From Planctomycetota bacterium (GTDB taxonomy: Bacteria; Planctomycetota; Phycisphaerae; UBA1845), in the NCBI GenBank assembly GCA_030622435.1, contig JAUXGE010000001.1, positions 1-41,831 on the forward strand: 41,831 nt of DNA, given 5' to 3'. Positions 9,728-16,939 of the stretch are shown in pieces. A program made the position numbers and the translations under genes. The first letter of the stretch is position 1. Every line of letters starts with the position of its first letter. Under the pieces are notes generated by a model that was not told the DNA's origin, did no database searches, and saw nothing but the letters and a program-made list of their open reading frames with translations.

Positions 9728-9818
9728 GGAGAGGTGGGTGAGTGGCTGAAACCAACGGTTTGCTAAACCGTCAGACGGGTTTACGCCTGTCTCGGGGGTT
9801 CGAATCCCCCCCTCTCCG
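9728..9818 (+). tRNA. tRNA-Ser (anticodon GCU), class II with long variable arm
   Basis: Acceptor GGAGAGG/CCTCTCC, anticodon arm ACGGT-TTGCTAA-ACCGT, long variable arm CAGACGGGTTTACGCCTGTCTC, T arm GGGGG-TTCGAAT-CCCCC, discriminator G. Confidence 0.95.
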
Positions 9819-10020
9819 TTAGACCCCGCAAAACCAGGTATTCCCGTGGTTTTGCCGGACTTTGGGTTTCGGTCGCATGTCGATTCTCGAGTTGTCCTCT
9901 CCCCTGCGCCTTCCGCGGGGCGTCAAGCTTGCGGCTCGAGTAGTCGCGGGATTCACGAAACACGGTACTGGAAGAACAGGTGCAAGATGAAGAAGCTCAT
10001 GGGATTGCCGGGGCTGGCGG

Positions 10021-10161
10021 CTACTCCATCTCCCAGTTCGGGATGCGACCTGGGGTCCAGTGGGCGCCGGCGGCTTCGAGTCGGGCCTCGAGCCCGGCGA
10101 GATCCTCTTGGACGAGCTTTCGCAGGCCGGACGGTGTGGTTGTGGGCAGCGCTGCGAGCCG
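10021..10161 (-). pseudogene. orphan 3'-terminal fragment of a sortilin/BNR-repeat gene (paralogous to the end of 23892-27182)
   Basis: 10021-10130 is nearly identical to 23892-24001. The minus-strand frame reads YRLAALPTTTPSGLRKLVQEDLAGLEARLEAAGAHWTPGRIPNWEME*, against SGLRKLVQKDLTGLEARLEAAGAPWTPGRIPNWEME* in the full gene. The frame is closed upstream by TAG at 10162-10164, and no N-terminal part is present. Confidence 0.7.
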
Positions 10162-10284
10162 ATACTACTCACTGCTTTGGTGAAATATAGGACCAAGGTG
10201 CGCCGACTTCGGGATGCGTAGCACGTTCAGCGCAACAAAGACGTTTTCGTGACCTGGCCGGAATCCGCTGGAGATACCTTTGGG

Positions 10285-10665
10285 ATGAAAAGACCGCTCC
10301 AAATCATAGGCCGGCGGCTGTGGGGGCGACCGGTCGAAACGGTCGCCCTGATTCTAATCGTGTGGGCTTTGGCACCCTCTGCCGCCCGCGGAGATTACGT
10401 CGAGGTTTTCCAGAGTTGGCAGGCGACGACTGCGGATACCTGAGAGACGAAGGACCTGACCTGTGCCCCGTCCAGCGTGCCGGCCAATGCCGTGGTGGAA
10501 ATCGCCGTGAGAAACATCCGCCACAACAGCGGGCGATGTGGTGTCGTGCGGGCCGTCGGCTCCAGCCTCAGCAGGCGGATCGGCACCTATAAAGCCGAGC
10601 GAGGCCGCAGTGTCTCGGCGCAGTTGACAGCAAGGAGGGCAGTCAGGCATGAGGATCTCAGGTAG
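10285..10665 (+). pseudogene. degenerate N-terminal paralog fragment of the downstream HAF-repeat protein (signal peptide plus first module) with an in-frame TGA
   Basis: MKRPLQIIGRRLWGRPVETVALILIVWALAPSAARG DYVEVFQSWQATTADT*ETKDLTCAPSSVPANAVVEIAVRNIRHNSGRCGVVRAVGSSLSRRI... parallels QYVESFESWSATSADTWQTKDLSGAPFSVPGSVVVEVAIRNVSTSESRFGGVRAVGSSLERRI in the intact gene. TGA at 10441-10443 replaces the Trp codon (TGG at 10931-10933 in the paralog). Confidence 0.6.
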
Positions 10666-13600
10666 GAACACACTTCGTTTGTACGCACGTCGCGCGCGAA
10701 CCGCACGCCATACGGCGTTGACTCTCAACGCACACCGAGGGTCTTTGTTGCACGGGACGATGCACGGCGGAGGCTCTCATGCAATCGATAACTCGAAGGC
10801 TCGCCGGCGAGCGTGTCGATGGAGGGTTCTCTCCGTTTTGGCTACCCTGGCCGTCGTCGGATTGCCTGAATTGGCCAGTGCTCAATACGTCGAGAGCTTC
10901 GAATCCTGGTCCGCAACATCCGCCGACACCTGGCAGACCAAGGACCTGAGTGGCGCGCCGTTCAGCGTGCCGGGCAGTGTGGTTGTCGAGGTCGCAATCC
11001 GGAACGTCAGCACCAGTGAGTCACGATTCGGCGGCGTTCGCGCGGTGGGCTCCAGTCTTGAGCGGCGCATCGATCTGCACGAAGCCGCGGGAGGCGGCAC
11101 CGACGTGCTTGTCATGCACGTTCAAACTGACGCGAGTTCACAAATACAGCATTACGCCGACAATACCGCCGATGTCGACTTCGTCCTGCTCGGCTATTGG
11201 GAGTGCGGAACTTATGTGGAGCTCTTTGGCACTTTTAGTGCCGCATCATCTTGGACGGACGAGGACCTGAACGCGTACGGCCTGGGCCCTGGCGACATCG
11301 CCGAAATCGTCATGACCAACGAGGCAGATTCGCAGGCGTATTATGCGGGCACACGAACCAATGGCTCCAGTCTCGACAGACGCGTCGTCCTGCAATCGAT
11401 CGACGACGGTGTGGACACCATCACCATGTTCGTCCAGGCCGACAACAGCGGGAGTGCCACGATTGAGGCTTACGCAGGTCACGTGATCAAGGTCGATTTC
11501 TACGTCGTCGGGTATTGGAGCCCGGCACCGGGAGTCTATACCGAGACGTTCACCGACATCGACAGCCCGTCCGCCGACGCCACCTGGGAAGATGAGGATC
11601 TCACGGCCTCGGGGGCAAGCGACGGGAGTGTAGTGGAGATTCTCTTCGCCAACAACATAACGACCCAGGAGAATGAACTGGGCATTCGTGCGAACGGGTC
11701 GTCCGTCGCCCGGCTGTTCGATCTGCGGGAGGAGAACGACGGCTCGGGTGGTGGAGACTTTGGACGTATGCACGCGTTGTCTGACGCGTCCGCGGTCATA
11801 GAGCTCCGGCATGAGGACGTCAGCGACGCACACAGCTTTCGCATGATCGGACACTGGAGCATCGGAGCCATTCTCGACGATCAGGTCACGGGCCAGGAGA
11901 CAGACGCATTCACGGAGCAGAGCGGGGAAACGGATGCCGAGCTCTTTGCCTTTGTACTCACCCCGTGCTCTGGAACTCTCACTATAACCGAGATCGTCTT
12001 CCGCCTTACGGACATCGCGGGTTTGACGGACCCCGACTGGGCCGACGTCGAGCTTGTCGTAGATGACAACTACAACGGCGACATCGGCACCGGAGAGACC
12101 ACGACCGTCGGTGGCGCAGGTTCCGTGAACACTGCGGCCGGGACCATCACATTCTCGACGTCCTTTGATATCACCACAGGTACTTCTTACATCCTCCGCG
12201 CCGATTTCGCGTCATTGTCCCTCGGAGATCAGGTCACTATCGGCCTGGATAAGAACGACATAACCGGAAGCGGACCGGTCACGGGGTCCGCCACTTCGGT
12301 GACGCACTTAAAGGGGTGCTATACGGCAACCTTCGAAGCGTGGACGGCCAGCTCCGCGGACACGTGGCAAACGCAGGACCTGAGCGGCCCTCCGTACAAT
12401 GTGCGAGCCAACGCCGTGGTCGAAGTGGCTATAATGAACGGCAACACTTCCAATCCCCGCTGGGGCGGCGTTCGTGCGGTTGGATCCAGCCTGGACCGGC
12501 GAGTGCAGCTTCAGGAGGCGGAAGGCGGGGGAGAAGACGTGTTGGTCATGCACGTCCAGGCCAACGCGAGCTCGCAGATTCAGCATTACTCCGACCTAAC
12601 GACGGACGTTGACTTCGTTCTGCTCGGCATCTGGACCTGTGGGACGTATGTGGAGCTCTTCGACACGTTCACGGCCGGCGCCAGCACATCGTGGCAAGAC
12701 CGCGACCTCTGCAGCTACGGTGTCGGCCCCGAGCATGTAGCCGAGATCATCATGACCAACGGCGACATCGGAAACGAATGGGAGGCCGGTGTGCGGACGA
12801 ATGGGTCGAGCCTCGAACGAAGACTCGACCTCCACGAAGCCGAGAACGGAGGGGTCGATACGGCCACGATGTTCGTGAAGACCGACGCCACGGCCGGCGC
12901 GACGATCGAGCTGTATGCCCAGAGCGACACAAACGTCGATTTCTACCTGGCCGGTTACTGGAGCGTCGCACCCCTTGCTTACAGTGAACTCTTTGCGGAC
13001 ATAGGAAGCCCCTCGATCGACGCCACATGGGAAGACATCGACTTGACGAGCAGCGGCGTGACCAACACCGCCGTGGTGGAGCTTGTACTCGCCAACGAAG
13101 CCCTCGTAGTAAACGTCAGCATGGGCGCTCGCGCGAACGGATCCTCGCTTGGGCGGCTCCTGGATATCCACGAGGCCCAAGGTGGAGGCAGCGACCTCGG
13201 ACATATGCACGTTCAGTCGGACGCAACGGCCACGATAGAATTCTACCACCAGGACGTGAGTGATGCGCATACGTTCCACCTGATTGGGTATTGGACAAAC
13301 TGCGACTCGTCAATTTCTTACAGCATCGCGGACCTGGGGGCCGTGACTCCTGCCGAGTCCAGCCTGGGCTACTCCATTAACGCATCAGGCGACGTGGCCG
13401 GTTACGACGAGGACGCCGGCGGTGACTCCGGTGCCTGGCTGTCGGAGTGCGGCTCATTTACCTCGCTTGGCACATTCGCCGGTGGTAGCGTCGCCGAAGC
13501 ACTGGGCATCAACAGCTCCGGAGAAGTAGTTGGCTGGTCCGACAACGCCGCCGGAAACCGCAAGGCGTTTTTCTACGACGGCAGCCTGACCGACCTGGAT

Positions 13601-15004
13601 ACACTTACCGACCGCACTGACAGCGAGGCCACCGCCGTCAACGCCAGCAGCGAAGTAGCTGGCACTGCCTACAACTCCGGCACACCTCCGACCGATCGGC
13701 TGGCCTTCATCTATCTTCCTGCACCCGCCTACACACTCGGCGCCGGGATCAACAGCCTCGGCACCCTTGGCGGCTACCATAGCGTGGCCATGGACATCAA
13801 CGATTCCGGCCAGGTCGTCGGTGGGTCGGAAAACGCCAGCGAGTACATGCGGCCCTTCCGTTGGCAGAACGGTTCGATGACCGATCTGGGCACGTTGGGA
13901 GGTGAGATAGGTTCTGTCACGCATCGGGCGAACGCCATAAACAGCTCGGGCAACATAGTCGGCACATCCTATACGGCCAGCGGGGATGCGCACGCCTTCC
14001 TCTGGGATGGCGGTATGACGGATCTTGGCGTTCTGACTGGTGGGGACACCAGCTGGGCACTAGGTATCAACGACAGCGATGAAGTTGTGGGCACCTCGAA
14101 TGTCACCGGAGGGGCTTTCCACGCCTTCATCTGGGACAGTACCAACGGGATTCGCAACCTGAACGACCTTGTAGATGCTGGGGAAGGCTGGACTCTGACC
14201 AGGGCGACGGGTATCAACGACGACGGTAGTATCACTGGTTGGGGGACGAACTCGAGCAGCGACGTACGTGCGTTCCTTCTGACGCCGTCATGTAGCGCAG
14301 GTGGGGGGGCAGCAGCCGCTGCCGCCATGATTCTCCTCGCCACAGGGGCGGGCACCACGGACACAGATGGGGTGTTGAACGAGCTCGTTGTCAGCGACGA
14401 GGGGGCACCGCTCGCTCAGATCGTTGTGGCCGACGCTGAACCTGACAAGCACTTCGCACTGACTGTAACGGCTCCAGGACCGGAATCGACCGGGGCTCCG
14501 GGTCCCGGCTTGGGTACCCTGGCGGGTTTCAACGATGGTGTCGCGCTCGACCACACATTGACGGTCGAGAGCCCGGCACTACAGGGGAGCCTCAGCCTCA
14601 CTGTCAGCATGACCTTTCAAGAGTATGAGCTGGACGATTGGAGTATTTCGCCGGCGGATGTCGAACTTCACGTTCTCGACACGACTCAGAGTCCATCACC
14701 GGGCACATGGATACCGGCTGGTGTGAACATCGGTCAGTCCGAGCCCACGGGCATCGTGGGTGAGTCCGGATTCGTGGTGTACACGGATGACAGTGTGGAC
14801 TTCTGGGCGGTGCGTGACGAGCCGGGCGTCTTCGCCGTCGGCGCCAAGTCTTCTACCCAAGACGATGCCGACGACAGCAATGTGACACCCGCGTCACCAA
14901 CGTTTTCACCTGTTTGCGGGCTCGGCATGATTCCTTGCGCTCTGGCCGCCATGGTCACGTTGATCTCGGCAAGAACGCGGCGGCGTCGGTCCCGCTCCCA
15001 TTAA
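10649..15004 (+). CDS. 1451-aa secreted protein: six copies of an unassigned ~135-aa module, HAF-family extracellular repeats, and a PEP-CTERM-like hydrophobic/Arg-rich tail
   Basis: ORF from the track. A strong AAGGAGGG SD lies at 10632-10639, 9 nt before the ATG at 10649. An alternative start at 10760 sits closer to the signal peptide RRRACRWRVLSVLATLAVVGLPELASA. HAF-type repeats (AHAFLWDGGMTDLGVLTGG...GINDSDEVVG) lie at roughly 13318-14290. The C-terminal tail is FSPVCGLGMIPCALAAMVTLISARTRRRRSRSH. Confidence 0.9.
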   Translation: MRISGRNTLRLYARRARTARHTALTLNAHRGSLLHGTMHGGGSHAIDNSKARRRACRWRVLSVLATLAVVGLPELASAQYVESFESWSATSADTWQTKDLSGAPFSVPGSVVVEVAIRNVSTSESRFGGVRAVGSSLERRIDLHEAAGGGTDVLVMHVQTDASSQIQHYADNTADVDFVLLGYWECGTYVELFGTFSAASSWTDEDLNAYGLGPGDIAEIVMTNEADSQAYYAGTRTNGSSLDRRVVLQSIDDGVDTITMFVQADNSGSATIEAYAGHVIKVDFYVVGYWSPAPGVYTETFTDIDSPSADATWEDEDLTASGASDGSVVEILFANNITTQENELGIRANGSSVARLFDLREENDGSGGGDFGRMHALSDASAVIELRHEDVSDAHSFRMIGHWSIGAILDDQVTGQETDAFTEQSGETDAELFAFVLTPCSGTLTITEIVFRLTDIAGLTDPDWADVELVVDDNYNGDIGTGETTTVGGAGSVNTAAGTITFSTSFDITTGTSYILRADFASLSLGDQVTIGLDKNDITGSGPVTGSATSVTHLKGCYTATFEAWTASSADTWQTQDLSGPPYNVRANAVVEVAIMNGNTSNPRWGGVRAVGSSLDRRVQLQEAEGGGEDVLVMHVQANASSQIQHYSDLTTDVDFVLLGIWTCGTYVELFDTFTAGASTSWQDRDLCSYGVGPEHVAEIIMTNGDIGNEWEAGVRTNGSSLERRLDLHEAENGGVDTATMFVKTDATAGATIELYAQSDTNVDFYLAGYWSVAPLAYSELFADIGSPSIDATWEDIDLTSSGVTNTAVVELVLANEALVVNVSMGARANGSSLGRLLDIHEAQGGGSDLGHMHVQSDATATIEFYHQDVSDAHTFHLIGYWTNCDSSISYSIADLGAVTPAESSLGYSINASGDVAGYDEDAGGDSGAWLSECGSFTSLGTFAGGSVAEALGINSSGEVVGWSDNAAGNRKAFFYDGSLTDLDTLTDRTDSEATAVNASSEVAGTAYNSGTPPTDRLAFIYLPAPAYTLGAGINSLGTLGGYHSVAMDINDSGQVVGGSENASEYMRPFRWQNGSMTDLGTLGGEIGSVTHRANAINSSGNIVGTSYTASGDAHAFLWDGGMTDLGVLTGGDTSWALGINDSDEVVGTSNVTGGAFHAFIWDSTNGIRNLNDLVDAGEGWTLTRATGINDDGSITGWGTNSSSDVRAFLLTPSCSAGGGAAAAAAMILLATGAGTTDTDGVLNELVVSDEGAPLAQIVVADAEPDKHFALTVTAPGPESTGAPGPGLGTLAGFNDGVALDHTLTVESPALQGSLSLTVSMTFQEYELDDWSISPADVELHVLDTTQSPSPGTWIPAGVNIGQSEPTGIVGESGFVVYTDDSVDFWAVRDEPGVFAVGAKSSTQDDADDSNVTPASPTFSPVCGLGMIPCALAAMVTLISARTRRRRSRSH
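10883..13300 (+). repeat. intragenic array: 3 + 3 copies of a ~135-aa module separated by an insert domain
   Basis: The recurrent signature is W(Q/E)(T/D)xDL ... VVE(V/I)..xN ... G(V/I)R(A/T)(V/N)GSSLxRRxxLxEAxGGGxD..xMHVQ.D....I(E/Q).Y......VDF.L.GYW. The second triplet starts at 12317 (CYTATFEAWTASSADTWQTQDL). Confidence 0.75.
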
Positions 15005-15070
15005 GGCAACGGGGACGACGCAAACCACGATTAATTCCAAGGACCGTTTGCAGGACAGAACGAGGATCTG

Positions 15071-15403
15071 CTACTGGCAGGCTCCTAGCTGGCAGTCGTT
15101 GGTGCAGCAATCAGAATCGGCGAAGCAAAGACCGCCTGATTCGACGCATACCTCATTCGTACACACACCGCCGCTACAGACCATGTCATCACAGCACAGC
15201 TCTTGTCCCGGACACACATGACCGGCCGGGTAGCAGCTGTGGTTGCTGCCCGCAGCGAGCGCTTCTTGTGGATTGAGCGCAAGCACGGCGGGGGTGACAT
15301 AGGCAAGTTTGACCGCGCCGCGTAAGAAGTTGCGACGGCTGGGTGGGACGTTGGGCTTCGCGCCCCTCGAGGGAGAAATACACTTCGTCCCACTTGTCAA
15401 CAA
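15071..15403 (-). other. C-terminal module of the kinase ORF: twin-arginine-like leader plus tandem knottin-like Cys units (possible separate cistron from in-frame TTG 15403/15400)
   Basis: ...PPSRRNFLRGAVKLAYVTPAVLALNPQEALA / AGSNHSCYPAGHVCPGQELCCDDMVCSGGVCTNEVCVESGGLCFADSDCCTNDCQLGACQ*. The Cys spacing is C-6-C-5-CC-4-C-4-C followed by C-6-C-5-CC-3-C-4-C. There is no stop between the kinase domain and this module, and no in-frame ATG. Confidence 0.5.
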
Positions 15404-16324
15404 TCCGGCATTGTGCGCGGGTTCCGGTGCACGACACAGTGAAGATTCGATAAGGTCACAGGTGTCCTCGATCGCGCCTGCTTCAAGACGGAAGCACTGC
15501 GCTTGACTCACAGCGTCACCCAGGACCGACAGTAGCTGATCGCTGAGCACGTTTCGGTTGAAAGTGCACTCGGCCAGGTCGAGTAGCGCACGGGCACGAG
15601 AGATCGGATACAGATGAGGCCGGTCGGTTCCCGTGTACTTGGGGAAAACGATGTATCGGATCGGGGTCGGATCGGGGGCCATGTACGGCTCGGCAACATG
15701 GGGATTGATATACCCCACCCGTCCCTTGAATCCTTTAACGTAATAACGGTGCCCAGTGAAAGACAGTCCTAGACGTCGGACGACCTCAAAGGAACCGGCC
15801 TTGATACACAAGGCCTTGGGAAACGGGTGTAAGCGCAACGTTTTGCGGTCAATCAGAGCGAATTCATCGGATAAATATGTCCATCCGCGCGCCAACAGCC
15901 CGGCTGCCAGGGTGGATTTCCCGGATCCCGGGGCAGCGGCGAAAACGAACCCGCGCCCCAAGTGCGCCATCGTACCTGCATGTACCTGTAGGTACTCAGG
16001 ATGGTTTGCGATTACTCGCCAGTTGATCCCCCACTCTACAAACGGGAGCACCTCCCGGCGTGAACGTTCCCTGCCGATTTCCTCGCCGTCACCGTAAATG
16101 CGGTAGCGCCGGCCGCGCAGCCTCGAGCGTCCTGTGTCGCGGATCACCATTCGGATGGCCTGCTCCGGCACCGGAGACGGTCGGTCATACCCGTGATAAA
16201 GAACTCTCAAGTCGTCAAGGAGCTTCTGATCATCGCTCTGCACCGTGACGTTGATGGATCCAATCTTGCAGTGGAGATACTGCTCAGTGGAGGCGCCGGC
16301 GGTTTGAGCGACACTGTCGGTCAT
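15071..16324 (-). CDS. HPr-kinase-related P-loop kinase (first ~300 aa), continuous in frame with a Tat-like leader and a 12-Cys peptide module
   Basis: ORF from the track (417 aa). The Walker A region reads GFVFAAAPGSGKSTLAAGLLARGWTYLSDEFALID, which is HprK-like. Its start overlaps the PqqD-like stop by ATGA (16321-16324). Confidence 0.85.
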   Translation of the reverse strand: MTDSVAQTAGASTEQYLHCKIGSINVTVQSDDQKLLDDLRVLYHGYDRPSPVPEQAIRMVIRDTGRSRLRGRRYRIYGDGEEIGRERSRREVLPFVEWGINWRVIANHPEYLQVHAGTMAHLGRGFVFAAAPGSGKSTLAAGLLARGWTYLSDEFALIDRKTLRLHPFPKALCIKAGSFEVVRRLGLSFTGHRYYVKGFKGRVGYINPHVAEPYMAPDPTPIRYIVFPKYTGTDRPHLYPISRARALLDLAECTFNRNVLSDQLLSVLGDAVSQAQCFRLEAGAIEDTCDLIESSLCRAPEPAHNAGLLTSGTKCISPSRGAKPNVPPSRRNFLRGAVKLAYVTPAVLALNPQEALAAGSNHSCYPAGHVCPGQELCCDDMVCSGGVCTNEVCVESGGLCFADSDCCTNDCQLGACQ

Positions 16325-16671
16325 GACTCACGTCCAAGGTCGAGCAATCGCGAGTGGGAGAACATGGCAACAATATGCTCAACGTGAGCGAGCGCATCTT
16401 CTGGTGCCACGTCGTAGGTTTCGGACAACGACTCAGCGACTTGGCGCATCGTTGTCCGGCCGTCACAGTTGCGAAATACAGCCAAAGCTGTCTGGTTCAG
16501 CAGATACATCCCGTGCGTTCTTGTATCGAAAATAACCGCCTCACCGTCGATCTCATAATCGTGAAGTTCGCTCCGCCGAGCGGGGATGGCGATCTCCGTA
16601 TCTGTCAACGGTGGCGGAGTTGCCAGCGCCTGCCCACCTGTTCCGTCTTCTCGCTGCATCAACAGGGACAT
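16321..16671 (-). CDS. PqqD-family peptide chaperone / RiPP recognition element (116 aa)
   Basis: The central region YEIDGEAVIFDTRTHGMYLLNQTALAVFRNCDGRTTMRQVAESLSETYDVAPEDALAHVEHIVAMF has the typical PqqD/RRE pattern. A GGAGG SD lies 6 nt upstream. It is translationally coupled to the kinase. Confidence 0.85.
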   Translation of the reverse strand: MSLLMQREDGTGGQALATPPPLTDTEIAIPARRSELHDYEIDGEAVIFDTRTHGMYLLNQTALAVFRNCDGRTTMRQVAESLSETYDVAPEDALAHVEHIVAMFSHSRLLDLGRES

Positions 16672-16717
16672 TGCGTTGCCTCCGTCGTAATATCAGCGCG
16701 TGACTCGAGCGAGCAAG

Positions 16718-16939
16718 TCATGCTGACTGATCTCCATTCGTCCTCGAGCGTGGTGTGCGTTGCACAGACCACTCCGCGATGACATCCTCGGGCGGACCTT
16801 CCTCGATAACAACGCCCTGAATCACGGGTGGAACAAAAGGCAGCTTGTCACGGAAATCGCCATGCGCGGGTTTGCCTTCGTTCAGAAAACGTTCGATCTC
16901 TCGAAAATCGTCATTCGATTTGGGTTGATTATCAGTCAT
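16718..16939 (-). CDS. small acidic hypothetical protein (73 aa), candidate precursor or partner peptide of the RRE-kinase pair
   Basis: ORF from the track: MTDNQPKSNDDFREIERFLNEGKPAHGDFRDKLPFVPPVIQGVVIEEGPPEDVIAEWSVQRTPRSRTNGDQSA. It is co-directional with, and 46 nt upstream of, the PqqD-like gene. GGAG lies about 13 nt upstream. I recognise no homology. Confidence 0.5.
   Translation of the reverse strand: MTDNQPKSNDDFREIERFLNEGKPAHGDFRDKLPFVPPVIQGVVIEEGPPEDVIAEWSVQRTPRSRTNGDQSA

Noticed and set aside
11246-13279. Minus-strand ORFs 11246-11854 (202 aa) and 12596-13279 (227 aa), plus other internal ORFs of the HAF-repeat gene
   Set aside because: They are antisense to a CDS with strongly conserved internal repeats. 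No independent coding evidence supports them.
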